Below, one piece after another: positions 9,861-20,251 of a DNA stretch of 64,000 nucleotides (positions within the stretch are counted from its first letter, which is position 1; every line of letters starts with the position of its first letter). Position numbers and translations under genes: made by a program. Under the pieces are notes generated by a model that saw only the letters and a list, made by a program, of their open reading frames with translations, did no database searches and was not told the DNA's origin. Source of the stretch: Thermoproteota archaeon (GTDB lineage: Archaea > Korarchaeota > JAOZGF01 > JAOZFZ01); the NCBI GenBank assembly GCA_027492035.1, contig JAOZFT010000004.1, positions 192,001-256,000 of the forward strand, read 5' to 3'.

Positions 9861-10463
9861 GTGTTAAAAAAGTACCCAAAAACAGGGGAGTTAGTTATAC
9901 CAGGCGAAAAATTAAGCCCATTGGAAGTTTTCATGCCTGGGGAAAACGTGTACGTGGAAGACGGTTTTATTTATGCAGCCAAAATTGGCAATGTATTACA
10001 GGACTTGAAAAAAAGGAAGGTGTGGGTTTACTCCAGAACAGATAAACCTGCTTTACTCAAACCAGGGGAAATAGTACTAGGTCAAGTGACTCAAATAAAA
10101 GATAAATCCCTTACTGTCAAAATATTTGCTAAGTTAAAACCGAAGAAGACGTTGTTCAAAACCCCTTTCACCGGCGAGATTTACATTGCAAATGCAAAAA
10201 GGGAATTTCTTGAAACAATGAGCCAAGCGTTCACGGTAGGAGATATTATCAAATGCAAAGTGTCTAAAGTTACAGGTTACCTAATAGCTCTAGACACTAA
10301 AGATCCTGATTTAGGAATAGTTTACTCTAGATGCACAAAATGTTACATACCGTTAAAAGCAGTAACAATAAAAAGGAAGCAAATACTTCAATGCCCAAAA
10401 TGTAAGATAATATACCCAAACAAGAAAGTAGCTAGAGATTACGGAAAAATAATCTTGCACTGA
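9861..10463 (+). CDS. csl4: Exosome RNA-binding subunit Csl4
   Basis: VIPGEKL, S1 domain, LGIVYSRCTKC...CPKC...KKVARDY; upstream of rpo11. Confidence 0.92.
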   Translation: MLKKYPKTGELVIPGEKLSPLEVFMPGENVYVEDGFIYAAKIGNVLQDLKKRKVWVYSRTDKPALLKPGEIVLGQVTQIKDKSLTVKIFAKLKPKKTLFKTPFTGEIYIANAKREFLETMSQAFTVGDIIKCKVSKVTGYLIALDTKDPDLGIVYSRCTKCYIPLKAVTIKRKQILQCPKCKIIYPNKKVARDYGKIILH

Positions 10464-10478
10464 AAGAAGGCGAAGGAA

Positions 10479-10787
10479 ATGGAAGTAAAAATATTAAACA
10501 AGGAAAAAAACAAATTGAGATTGTTAGTGAAAGGAGAAACTCACACTCTCCTCAATTTAATTGCTGACTATGGGAACAAAGACCCAAAAATAAAGTTCAT
10601 CGGCTACTCAATACCTCATCCATTAAAAACGGAAGCTGAACTAAACCTCCAAACTATAGACGAAGACCCTATCCAAGCGTTAAAAAGACAAGTCTCTAAA
10701 GCAACTATAGATCTAGAGCAACTCCAAAAAGTTTTTAATTCAGTTTTTACAAATAACAAAAGCAAAGAGAAGGGGCCTTCAAAGTGA
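10479..10787 (+). CDS. rpo11: RNA polymerase subunit Rpo11 (RpoL)
   Basis: GETHTLLNL, GYSIPHPL. Confidence 0.93.
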   Translation: MEVKILNKEKNKLRLLVKGETHTLLNLIADYGNKDPKIKFIGYSIPHPLKTEAELNLQTIDEDPIQALKRQVSKATIDLEQLQKVFNSVFTNNKSKEKGPSK

Positions 10788-11176
10788 GACACCCAAGAAT
10801 AGCAGTAGATGCAGTAATAATTAACAAGAAAGGAGAGATACTGTTAATAAAAAGGAAAAATGAACCTTATAAAGGCTACTGGGCACTGCCTGGAGGATTT
10901 GTGGAATACGGCGAAAAAGTAGAAGAAGCGTTGAAAAGAGAGATAAAGGAAGAGACAGGCCTAAAAGCAAAGAAAATAGAACTTGTAGGAGTGTATTCCG
11001 ACCCTAAAAGAGACCCAAGGGGACATGTAATAAGTATCGCATATTTAGTGGAAGAAACTGAAGGAAAACCGAAACCAGCTACAGACGCTCAAGACCTAAA
11101 TTTCTTTTCAAAACTGCCGGAAAAAATAGCTTTTGACCATAGAAAAATACTTAAAGACACAATTAGAAAAATTTAA
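10784..11176 (+). CDS. NUDIX hydrolase
   Basis: WALPGGFVEYGEKVEEALKREIKEETGL Nudix box; RDPRGH. Confidence 0.95.
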   Translation: MRHPRIAVDAVIINKKGEILLIKRKNEPYKGYWALPGGFVEYGEKVEEALKREIKEETGLKAKKIELVGVYSDPKRDPRGHVISIAYLVEETEGKPKPATDAQDLNFFSKLPEKIAFDHRKILKDTIRKI

Positions 11177-11235
11177 AAGCCACAAAATTCACCAATAGAG
11201 ACCTTAACAAACAAGTAGGAAAAGGGGGGAACTGA

Positions 11236-11556
11236 ATGTTTTGCCCTATTTGTGGAAACCTTTTAATAGCAAAAAGAAAGAACGGAAAAAAAGTTTATAT
11301 CTGTTCACAAGGCCACATAATAGAGAAACTTAACGCAAAAAATTCAGCAACAATTTACCAAGCTAAAGAAGCAGAAAAAAAGGGAACAGTTATAATTGAA
11401 GAAGAGCTTATTGCACAGCCAAAAATAGAAATAGAATGTCCAAGATGCGGAAATAAGGAAGCTTATTGGACATTAGAACAAACAAGGTCAGCTGATGAAG
11501 GAGAGACAAGAATATTTACCTGTACGCGATGCCACTATACTTGGAGGGAATATTAA
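11236..11556 (+). CDS. tfs: Transcription factor S (TFS)
   Basis: MFCPICG; CPRCG...QTRSADEGETRIFTCTRC. Confidence 0.95.
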   Translation: MFCPICGNLLIAKRKNGKKVYICSQGHIIEKLNAKNSATIYQAKEAEKKGTVIIEEELIAQPKIEIECPRCGNKEAYWTLEQTRSADEGETRIFTCTRCHYTWREY

Positions 11557-11623
11557 AAAATTGTTAATATAATTTAACTTTCCCTATTGTTTTAAAGAAT
11601 AAAGATAATTTGTAAAAAAGCCT

Positions 11624-12052
11624 TTAAGGTTTCGGCTGAAGTGAAAGCACCTTTTCGTTAAGTCTGTACCTGTACCCAAGCTTATTTTCTCCCCATCTTC
11701 TAATTAATTTACCACTGCTAAAGAAACGGTATAGGTAAGTTGAAGCCACATTTTTTGGGAGTTTCTCCCCAAAAAAATCTAAATAGGCCTCTCTAAGTTC
11801 TCTACTCGTAAACCAAACTTTGCTAAACCTAGAGCAGATGATATACCAAACTCTGTCAGAAGTAGAATTAAATGAAGAAAAGCTGAAGGAAGAAAATTCA
11901 TTAAGTGAAGAATTATCAACACTTGACAATGAAAACTTTGTTAAGAAATCAAGAAGTATGGAAGGATCAACTTTCCCTTCAAGAGACATTTTAATTTCTC
12001 CATTTTCAAACAAATCAAAGATCAATCTAGCTTTCCTTTTCCTTAAATTCAT
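11624..12052 (-). CDS. Small protein with C-terminal winged helix-turn-helix, origin-adjacent
   Basis: WFTSRELREAYLDFFGEKLPKNVASTYLYRFFSSGKLIRR...YRYRL wHTH pattern. Confidence 0.7.
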   Translation of the reverse strand: MNLRKRKARLIFDLFENGEIKMSLEGKVDPSILLDFLTKFSLSSVDNSSLNEFSSFSFSSFNSTSDRVWYIICSRFSKVWFTSRELREAYLDFFGEKLPKNVASTYLYRFFSSGKLIRRWGENKLGYRYRLNEKVLSLQPKP

Positions 12053-12076
12053 TGTTTAAAACCCTCGCCTGTATTA

Positions 12077-12491
12077 CATTTCCACTCTTTAATAAAATAT
12101 TAATAATCGGTTTACAAAGGTAAAAAATTTGTGAACTATAACAGAAAGGGAACCAATGTACAGAATAAAAATTTAGCTATTAAATCTTTCATTTCCACTG
12201 AAAAACGATAAGTCATCAACAAAAAGAACTAAAGGAATTAAATTCAAACAATACTGGCAAAACAGAAGAAAATAAAGGTATATGTAATACTTCCTGTATC
12301 CTCCCTCTAAACGCTTTTTAGGTGGAGTTTAGTGGAAATGAAGGGGGGACGTAATAGTAAACTTTCATTTAAATATGTGAATTTTAGTGAACTTTTAACA
12401 TACACACCCCTTTATTTCAGCTGAAATAAATCTTCAATAAATTTTCCGAAGTTCTATTTTCTGCTGGGGTAAAGTTGAGTGGAAATAGATG
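12077..12491. other. Probable replication origin: ORB elements flanking an AT-rich DUE
   Basis: GTTTAGTGGAAATGAAGGGGGG (12327-12348, +) and TTTCAGCTGAAATAAAGGGG (12407-12426, -) flank AT-rich 12351-12400; further boxes at 12077-12087 (-), 12186-12203 (-), 12474-12491 (+). Confidence 0.8.
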
Positions 12492-12612
12492 AAACATACG
12501 TGTGTGCAGGTTTTTCAAACATAAATTATTAAAACCTTTCTGTTTTAAGAGAAGGTAAAGTTTTTAAAAATAAGAGTGAATTTCTCTGTACCTTCTTAAT
12601 TAAGGTGGTTTA

Positions 12613-13710
12613 ATGCGAGAGAAATCGTTGGGAGATCTTCTTGTCGAGATTGAAAAAAGAAGTAAACTCGTTTATGAAACTTATATACTCAGTAGTAAAT
12701 ATAAATCCATTTTTAAGCCGAAAGATATAATGGAAGGTATTCTTCTTTACCCCTCCTATAAGGGAAAGGGATTAAGGCCCGCTGTGCTTCTTTTTGCTTG
12801 TGGCGCAGTGGGAGGGGATGAAAATAAAGCTTTACCTGCAGCTGCTGCTGTAGAACTTTTCCATACTTGGACATTAGTTCATGATGACATAATTGATAGG
12901 GATAAGAAGCGGAGAGGAGGACCTACTGTTCATATATATTTAAGTGACAAAGCAAAAAGAGTTTATGGGTGGGACCCCGAAACTTCCTTACATTATGGAC
13001 TATCACTAGCCATACTAGTTGGAGATACCCAAAAAGGCTGGTCAATAGGGGAGTTAATGTATCTACTTTATAAGGAGAAAGGAGTTAACCCTGTTTTAGT
13101 GCTTGAATTGATCCACAAATTAGATTTTATTACTCTTAACACTTTAGTAGAGGGTGAATCCCTAGATGTTCTTTATTCTAGGAAACCAGTTAATAAACTC
13201 ACCGAAAAAGAAATAATAGACATGTTATGGAGAAAGACAGGGGCCCTTTATAGTTTTTGTGGTGAAGCAGGTGCCATGATAGGATTAAACACTATCTATG
13301 AAAACGAGTTTGTTAAGGCTTTAAGAGATTTCACTGCAAGTTGTGGAATTGCTTTTCAACTTCAGGATGACATTCTAGGGATTGTGGGAGATGAAAATAA
13401 GCTTGGTAAACCTGTTGGTTCTGACATCCGGGAAGGTAAAAGAACGGTTATTTTGTGGTATGCTTACAAGTCTGTGGGTCCATCTGAAAGGAAATTACTG
13501 GAAAAGGTTGTAGGTAACGCCTCAGCAGAGCCGGAGGAAATTCAGGAAGTTGTTGATTTGTTAAAAGAATCAGGAGCTATTGATTACGCCAAAAATTTAG
13601 CTGTGGATTATGTAGAAAATTCTTTACCGAAACTAAATATTCTCCCTGAGACCAAGTACAAGGATCTTTTAATTTCATGGGCTAACTTCTTAATCGAAAG
13701 GAAATTTTAA
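12613..13710 (+). CDS. Polyprenyl (geranylgeranyl) diphosphate synthase
   Basis: GKGLRP, LVHDDIIDRDKKRRG, KTGAL, FQLQDD, GKPVGSDIREGK. Confidence 0.93.
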   Translation: MREKSLGDLLVEIEKRSKLVYETYILSSKYKSIFKPKDIMEGILLYPSYKGKGLRPAVLLFACGAVGGDENKALPAAAAVELFHTWTLVHDDIIDRDKKRRGGPTVHIYLSDKAKRVYGWDPETSLHYGLSLAILVGDTQKGWSIGELMYLLYKEKGVNPVLVLELIHKLDFITLNTLVEGESLDVLYSRKPVNKLTEKEIIDMLWRKTGALYSFCGEAGAMIGLNTIYENEFVKALRDFTASCGIAFQLQDDILGIVGDENKLGKPVGSDIREGKRTVILWYAYKSVGPSERKLLEKVVGNASAEPEEIQEVVDLLKESGAIDYAKNLAVDYVENSLPKLNILPETKYKDLLISWANFLIERKF

Positions 13711-15080
13711 CCTCTTCCTAATTTTTCAATTACTCCCTCTGCGGCTATCAACCCGGTTGCACCAGCAGTTACTATTCCTCTAGAAACTCCTGCACCATCC
13801 CCTGCAACAAAAAGGTTCTCAGCCGCCTCCAAATTTTTGTTTGTCACGATTCTATGGGCTGAAAATTTTACTTCGGGTGCATAAAGTAAAGTTGATGCAC
13901 TATTAATCCCGCTAATTACCTTATCTAACATGTTAAGTCCTTCCAGTATATCTGTTAATATTCTATGAGGAAGTACAAGCGCCAAGTCTCCCGGAGTTAC
14001 ATCTGTTAAGGTTGGTTTCACATGATTTGACTTTATTCTTTTCCATGTAGATCTTCTTCCCCTTTCCAAGTCACCAAGTTTCTGTATTATGGGTTTTCCA
14101 CCGCCTAAAATATTTGCTTGTTTAGCTATCTGTCTTCCAAAGGCTGTTGTGTTTTCTACAGGCTCTGTTAACTTAACTCTTACCAAAAAAGCGAAGTTTG
14201 TATTCTCTGATTTCTTCTCATACATTGCGTGTCCATTGACGAGTATAAGTTCATCATAGACTTCCTTAACTACAAAACCTCTTTCATTTACACAAAATGT
14301 CCTTGTAAAGTCGTCATAGGTTCTGGAGTAAATATGGAACTTCGGATCTAAACTTACTTCCGTCACAGGGTCCATTACTAAAGCTGGCACCTCTACACGA
14401 ACTCCTACATCTATAGGTTCAAATTTTTTTTCCAACCCCAGTTTCTCAGCTTGATGAGAAAGCCAATTAGCTCCATATCTCCCAGGGGCAATGACCAAAA
14501 ATTTTGTTTTTATTTTTCCATTAGTGGTTTCTAACAAGTACTGTTTATTTTGCTTTTTTATTTCTAAAACCTTCGTTTTCAGGAGAAACTTAACCCCCTT
14601 TTCTCTGAGATAATTATATATGTTAGAAATAACTTTCACTGAATTATCACTCCCTATGAACCTCTGCCTTATGGGTATAAACTTTATTCCTGCAGCTGCG
14701 GATTTCCTTTCTAAGAATTTTACTTCAGGTCGATCGCCATAAACTTTCCTTGAAGCTCCAAACTTCAAAAAGAAATTATCTACTTCTTTGATGAGGTTCC
14801 ATGCTTTCTTATTTGATCCTGTTAATGCTTCAAGATCCCCTCCTATATCAGGTCTAAGGTTCAATCTCCCAGCTGATATTAAACCCGCCCCACCCACCCC
14901 GGTGAGGATTTTACATGGGTTACATTTAGTGCAAACACTAGTAACTTCTAATGGACATTTACGTTTACTTGGTTCATTCCCATAATCTATCACTAACACT
15001 CCCTTAACTTTGTTTTTAACAAGTCTATAGGCAGCCATCAAACCTGCAGGCCCAGCTCCAATTATTGCCACCTGTTGCAT
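13707..15080 (-). CDS. NAD(P)/FAD-dependent oxidoreductase with Cys cluster
   Basis: IIGAGPAG, C-x5-C-x2-C-x2-C, GVRVE, RTFCVN, LYAPEVKF, AGDGAGVSRG. Confidence 0.85.
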   Translation of the reverse strand: MQQVAIIGAGPAGLMAAYRLVKNKVKGVLVIDYGNEPSKRKCPLEVTSVCTKCNPCKILTGVGGAGLISAGRLNLRPDIGGDLEALTGSNKKAWNLIKEVDNFFLKFGASRKVYGDRPEVKFLERKSAAAGIKFIPIRQRFIGSDNSVKVISNIYNYLREKGVKFLLKTKVLEIKKQNKQYLLETTNGKIKTKFLVIAPGRYGANWLSHQAEKLGLEKKFEPIDVGVRVEVPALVMDPVTEVSLDPKFHIYSRTYDDFTRTFCVNERGFVVKEVYDELILVNGHAMYEKKSENTNFAFLVRVKLTEPVENTTAFGRQIAKQANILGGGKPIIQKLGDLERGRRSTWKRIKSNHVKPTLTDVTPGDLALVLPHRILTDILEGLNMLDKVISGINSASTLLYAPEVKFSAHRIVTNKNLEAAENLFVAGDGAGVSRGIVTAGATGLIAAEGVIEKLGRG

Positions 15081-15291
15081 TTACTCTTCCCCATAGTAAA
15101 TAATAATAGAACCACATTATTTTTCAATCTTCAATTTCATGGCATTTCCAAAAACAAAAACCATGGTTCTTCTTTTTAAAAAAGAATATAAATTTGTTTT
15201 ATAGTTAATAAAGGTACAGAGTAACTTAAGAAACAAACCCTTTTAATATAAATTTCCTTTAAAATAATCTTTTTTAGCTTTAGTTTAGAAG

Positions 15292-15750
15292 TTGCAGTTT
15301 AGGAATTATTCCTTTTTACGTAACCAAGGGTGCTATTTTGTGCTGAGGTCAAAAAAACTTTACATCTATTTGCCAGAACTAAAAAAGAAACTTTATAAGG
15401 TTGGTAGATTGACTTCAAGTCTTAGGTCATCTTTCTTTCAAAGATACGGTTCACGTTTTCAGAAAGCTGTTGAAGCAGTAAGTGAAGGCAATGTTTACAA
15501 GTATATTTTTAAACCTAGTGGAAGAGTTGTTTGGGTGGTGGTGGGAAGAGAAAGGGACTACTTACTTACTTCAGAATCTTTTTGCGGCTGTCCAGACTTC
15601 TACCTTAACGTAATTGTAAGGAAGAGGGTTGATGCATGCTATCACATATTAGCCAAGGTCCTAGCTGAATTTTTAGGAGTTTATAATTTAGTCGAAGCGG
15701 ATGATGAAAGCTACTCCTCTCTAAGGGAAGAATGGAACCATGTAATCTGA
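15292..15750 (+). CDS. SWIM zinc-finger protein
   Basis: FCGCPDF...ACYH (CxC-xn-CxH). Confidence 0.8.
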   Translation: MQFRNYSFLRNQGCYFVLRSKKLYIYLPELKKKLYKVGRLTSSLRSSFFQRYGSRFQKAVEAVSEGNVYKYIFKPSGRVVWVVVGRERDYLLTSESFCGCPDFYLNVIVRKRVDACYHILAKVLAEFLGVYNLVEADDESYSSLREEWNHVI

Positions 15751-15780
15751 GGAATTTTAGAAAAAGTAGGAGTTTTTGAA

Positions 15781-18576
15781 TTGCTGACAATCGAAATACT
15801 TTCTTGTTTCGGAGATCAACTAGCTAATCTTGGTATAAAAGAGTTCACTAAGTTTCAAGTTTCAGTTTTTCGCTCTGTCTTTAAGGGCGAAAATTTACTA
15901 GTGGTTGCTCCACCAGGTGCCGGTAAGACCGAAGCTGCGATACTGCCCATATTTTATAAATTGTTCAAAGAACCAATTAATAACCAAAAAGGTATTAAAC
16001 TTCTCTACATCACTCCATTGCGGGCGTTAAATAGAGACATGGAAAGAAGACTAGTTTCTCTAGGCGAAAAAGTTAATTTGAAGGTACAAGTCAGACATGG
16101 TGATACAAGTAACGCTTTACGTCGATTGCAGGCCAGCCACCCACCTGACGTACTAATTACAACCCCTGAAACTTTGCAGGTGATCTTAGTCAGTCGAAAA
16201 ATGAGGAAACACCTATCCTGTGTTAAATTTGTCGTGGTTGATGAAATCCATGAACTTTTTTCAAGTAAGAGAGGAGTGCAGCTTTCTTTAGGGCTTGAAA
16301 GACTAAATAGATTAGTTAAAGGCTCATTTCAAAGGATAGGTTTATCAGCTACGGTTAAAAACCCATATAAATTAGGAGTCGCTCTTATGGGGACGAGTAG
16401 GCCGTTTAAGGTATTTATTGACAAAGGAAAGAAAAAGTTTTCATTCACAATAGATTTGTTCGAGGACTTTAACAAAGATTTACCAGCTCTTCTCAAGGAA
16501 CATATTGCTCACCATAACGCCGTGCTTGTTTTCGTTAATACTCGTGAACTGGCAGAAAGACTTTCTTCTTCTTTGCAGCGTAAATACCCCTCTCTAGGAG
16601 TAGAAGTTCACCATGGTTCTCTTTCTAAAGAACACAGAGAGTTAGTGGAAAAAAATTTTAAGGAGGGTAAGTTGAAAGCTTTAATTTGTACATCTTCACT
16701 TGAACTTGGGATAGATATAGGAAGTGTAGACTCTGTTGTTCAAGTTCTTTCCCCAAGATCAGTCTCTAGACTTGTTCAAAGAATTGGGAGGTCAGGCCAC
16801 AAATTTGGCAAGTTCCTTTATGGAGTATCTGAAGGTTTAATATTATCCAATAGCATGATTGATTTACTAGAGTCGCTGGCCATTGTTAAATTAATGTTTA
16901 AGAACGAATTAGAGACAGGGAATCATTATGCTGCACCCTTGGATGTTTTAGCCCATCAAATAGTGGGTCTTACACTTGAAAAACAAGAAATAAGTGTTAA
17001 AGAAATTTTTGAGGTTATCAGCAGATCTATTTTTTTCAAGAATTTCTCAACTGATAACCTGCTGAATGTGTTATTTTTTCTTAAAAAACTTGGGCTTTTG
17101 TTTTTTGATGGAGAGAAATTGAGAAGGGCGAAGAAAGGGCTGCTTTTCTACTTTCAACATGTTTCAACAATACCAGCCATTAGACACTTCCCAGTCATCG
17201 ATGTTTCTTCAAACAAAGTTCTGGGTTTTGTTGACGAGAAATTTATTGGCAGAATCGCTGATGGCACTACCTCATTCATAATTAAAGCTCAACCTTGGAA
17301 AGTTGTGAAAGTGGAAGAGGAGAAAGTTTTAGTAGAAAAGTGGAAGTGGGAAAATAATATAATACCATCTTGGATAGGGGAAATGCTTCCGGTATCATTT
17401 AAAGTGGCCCAAGAAGTAAGGTCTATCCTCAGCACTTTGATGAATGGGTCCTTGACCCAAAAGGAGGAAAAGAATTTGATAGACCTCTACTTAACTGATT
17501 ATTCGAAACAAAGAATCCAGCAATTAATTGCTGAAATTCGCAGAGAAAATTTACATGTTCCTACAAACGAAAACATTTCGGTTAAACTCTTTAAAAACCA
17601 TATTTTACTTTATACTTTCTTGGGAACTAAAGCTAACGAAACACTTAAAATTCTTCTTTCTTACTTCCTAGGGCAAAAGCTTGGTTTCTCCATTGTTGCT
17701 TTCTCCGACCAATATGGTGTATTACTTAAAGTCCCTGGACTAAACATAAACTACATCTATGAGTTTCTAGATGGTTTGAACCTTAAAAAATTACAAGCCA
17801 ACCTATTCAATGCCTCACTTTTACTGAATGACTTTATTTGGCATGTTTACCAAGTTTCAAAACGTTTCGGCGTGACTGAAGAAAATGTTACCTTCTTAGA
17901 GTTCAAAAAGTTTTATGAAAAGTTTCTGAAAATTTATAAAGAGACCCCTATCTTTCTCGAGGCCTATAATGAATTTTTAGTTGGAAATATGGACCTAAAA
18001 ATTGTCAAGGAATTCATTAAAAACTTCCAAGAAGGGAAAATACAGCTTCACCTCATAAAAGAAGATGAAAAAATGGCTTTTTATCCTCCTTTAATGAATT
18101 ATAAAAACTTCCTCAGCTGCACCTCCCACCAAATTCCCCTCTCGTTAATAATTGAAGAATTTAAGGAGAAAATAAAAAATAAACAGGTAAAACTCATTTG
18201 TGTTTTTTGCGGGAAATGGTTAGCAGTGCGTCGAATAAAATATATAGAAAAAGTTAAATGCCCACGTTGCAGATCAATTTTTATTGGAATAACTGATCCA
18301 AATGATGAATTAAGTTTTAAAGTCCTCAAAAAACATAAGCTGGGCCTCAGTTTACCTCAAAGGGAAAAGGAAGTCCTCAAAAAATTGATGGATTCTGCTG
18401 ATTTAGTCGCTAACTTCGGCTTAAAAGCAGTAATTGCCTTGTCAGTTTTTGGTGTTGGTGCAAGAACTGCTAAGAAAATACTTTCAACAAGGCCTCTCTC
18501 TGAGGAAGATTTTTTCAAAGAACTATTTACTGCAGAAAAAACATTTATAAGGACGAGAGAATTCTGGAAAAAATAA
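15781..18576 (+). CDS. lhr: Lhr-family SF2 helicase with C-terminal Zn ribbon
   Basis: PPGAGKT, TPLRALNRD, TTPETL, DEIH, LSAT, HHGSLS, SSLELGIDIG, QRIGRSGH; CVFC...CPRC. Confidence 0.9.
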   Translation: MLTIEILSCFGDQLANLGIKEFTKFQVSVFRSVFKGENLLVVAPPGAGKTEAAILPIFYKLFKEPINNQKGIKLLYITPLRALNRDMERRLVSLGEKVNLKVQVRHGDTSNALRRLQASHPPDVLITTPETLQVILVSRKMRKHLSCVKFVVVDEIHELFSSKRGVQLSLGLERLNRLVKGSFQRIGLSATVKNPYKLGVALMGTSRPFKVFIDKGKKKFSFTIDLFEDFNKDLPALLKEHIAHHNAVLVFVNTRELAERLSSSLQRKYPSLGVEVHHGSLSKEHRELVEKNFKEGKLKALICTSSLELGIDIGSVDSVVQVLSPRSVSRLVQRIGRSGHKFGKFLYGVSEGLILSNSMIDLLESLAIVKLMFKNELETGNHYAAPLDVLAHQIVGLTLEKQEISVKEIFEVISRSIFFKNFSTDNLLNVLFFLKKLGLLFFDGEKLRRAKKGLLFYFQHVSTIPAIRHFPVIDVSSNKVLGFVDEKFIGRIADGTTSFIIKAQPWKVVKVEEEKVLVEKWKWENNIIPSWIGEMLPVSFKVAQEVRSILSTLMNGSLTQKEEKNLIDLYLTDYSKQRIQQLIAEIRRENLHVPTNENISVKLFKNHILLYTFLGTKANETLKILLSYFLGQKLGFSIVAFSDQYGVLLKVPGLNINYIYEFLDGLNLKKLQANLFNASLLLNDFIWHVYQVSKRFGVTEENVTFLEFKKFYEKFLKIYKETPIFLEAYNEFLVGNMDLKIVKEFIKNFQEGKIQLHLIKEDEKMAFYPPLMNYKNFLSCTSHQIPLSLIIEEFKEKIKNKQVKLICVFCGKWLAVRRIKYIEKVKCPRCRSIFIGITDPNDELSFKVLKKHKLGLSLPQREKEVLKKLMDSADLVANFGLKAVIALSVFGVGARTAKKILSTRPLSEEDFFKELFTAEKTFIRTREFWKK

Positions 18577-18652
18577 TTATAAGCTATTAAAAGAGAGGAG
18601 GAGTTTATAAAGAATGTTTAGAAGCACTAACGGACGCCACGGTTGAAACTAA

Positions 18653-20233
18653 ATGAGTGAAGAAATCAATTATTTAATGAATTTAATAAAAAAGAAAACT
18701 GGGTTAACAGAAGAGTTAATTTGGGAGAAAATTAGAAATGATCCTGTCCTTTCTGGTTCCTTGATCTCAAAGAAAGGTGCACTTATTCTATTGGCCTCCG
18801 AACTAGGAGTGCCACTGCCCAAGAAAAAAACTTCCTCTACCCCCTTTCTTAAACTAAAGGATCTTATTCCAGGGATGAGAAGAGTTAGAGTTGCTGGCCG
18901 TGTAAAAAGAATATTTCCTCTTCTGTCTTTCAAAAGGAAAAACGGGGCAAAGGGTGAAGTTAAAAAAATAATTATTTTTGACAGCTCTCAGGAAGCTGTT
19001 TTGACTTTATGGAATGAAGCTGCACGTAGCTCTTCAAAAATCAGGCCAGGGGATATCGTAAAGGTTTCTAACGCCAAAATTATTCAAGGTTTAAATAATA
19101 AATTAGAAATACATGTTAATTCAGCTTCAGATTTGGAAATTAACCCGGAAAATCTTGACACTAAACTTTTTCCCTGCGTAACGTTGAAATTCCAAAAAAT
19201 TCTAGATATAGAAAATGAAGCTAATGAAATAAGTGTAAGGGGGTTTATCTCAAACAAATTTGATGTTAAGACATTTATAAGGAAAAATGGTTCTACAGGA
19301 TCCGTTTCGTTCCTAGAATTAGCTGATAAAACCGGGAAAATACCTGTTATTTTTTGGAATAAAAAAAAGTTCTTTGAAAAAGTCAGAGAAGGGGATATGT
19401 TAGAATTAAGGTTTGCTAAAGTGAAATTTAACAGGGGTTACCAGCTGGAAATCCACGTGACAAATTCTACAAACATAATTCTTAACCCTTCCCAACTAAT
19501 TGGGAACAAACCATTCCTTAATTTGAAAAACCTAAATCCTGGGTTTATTAGAGAAAAAGTATTCGTTAGAGTTTTCGGTGGAGCTGGTTTACTTCCTCCT
19601 GAACTTTTCTGTGCTTACGATTTACTAGGCTTTGCTCAATTACAGGGTGATAAAGAAGTTATGGAAAAGATCTCTAGTTTAAGCTTTGACACCTGCATAA
19701 GTATTTCAAATTTCCAAGTTGAATCAAATAATCATCCCCTACTTAAAATTTTTTTGGATAAAAGATCAATTATTCAGAAAGAACACTTCCTAGATAAACT
19801 TTTTCCAACCCTGTCTGTGCTTCATAACAGAAGATCGTTAAACGAATTAGCTGAGTCTTTTTATGAGGTGAAAGGAACATTGGTTGAGTTTAGAAAATTT
19901 AAATTTACTGGAAACAGTTTAATTCTGAACTGTTTAATAGATGATGGTTCAGGTGTACTGATTGTTAATTTAACAGGGGTTGTTGCTGAAAAACTGCTCG
20001 GTAAAACCTTGAAACAAATAAAATCAGAGATGAATTCGATGGGGGTTGATGAGTACTCTGTAAGTGAAATTAACAAAGGTCTGCTTGGTCAAGAATTTAT
20101 CTTTTCAGGGTTCGTTAAATATAACTCCCTTACGGGCTTTTTAGAAATGAACTGTGCTAAGGTAGAGAAGGCTAACCCGATTTCTGAAGCATTAATTGAG
20201 GCTTACAACTTTCTTAAAACTAGAAGATATTAA
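18653..20233 (+). CDS. rpa: Replication protein A-like multi-OB-fold ssDNA-binding protein
   Basis: GALILLASELGV N-terminus; repeated OB folds (LTLWN, LADKTGKIPVIFWN, IDDGSG). Confidence 0.8.
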   Translation: MSEEINYLMNLIKKKTGLTEELIWEKIRNDPVLSGSLISKKGALILLASELGVPLPKKKTSSTPFLKLKDLIPGMRRVRVAGRVKRIFPLLSFKRKNGAKGEVKKIIIFDSSQEAVLTLWNEAARSSSKIRPGDIVKVSNAKIIQGLNNKLEIHVNSASDLEINPENLDTKLFPCVTLKFQKILDIENEANEISVRGFISNKFDVKTFIRKNGSTGSVSFLELADKTGKIPVIFWNKKKFFEKVREGDMLELRFAKVKFNRGYQLEIHVTNSTNIILNPSQLIGNKPFLNLKNLNPGFIREKVFVRVFGGAGLLPPELFCAYDLLGFAQLQGDKEVMEKISSLSFDTCISISNFQVESNNHPLLKIFLDKRSIIQKEHFLDKLFPTLSVLHNRRSLNELAESFYEVKGTLVEFRKFKFTGNSLILNCLIDDGSGVLIVNLTGVVAEKLLGKTLKQIKSEMNSMGVDEYSVSEINKGLLGQEFIFSGFVKYNSLTGFLEMNCAKVEKANPISEALIEAYNFLKTRRY

Positions 20234-20251
20234 TTTATTATTTAGACTGTA

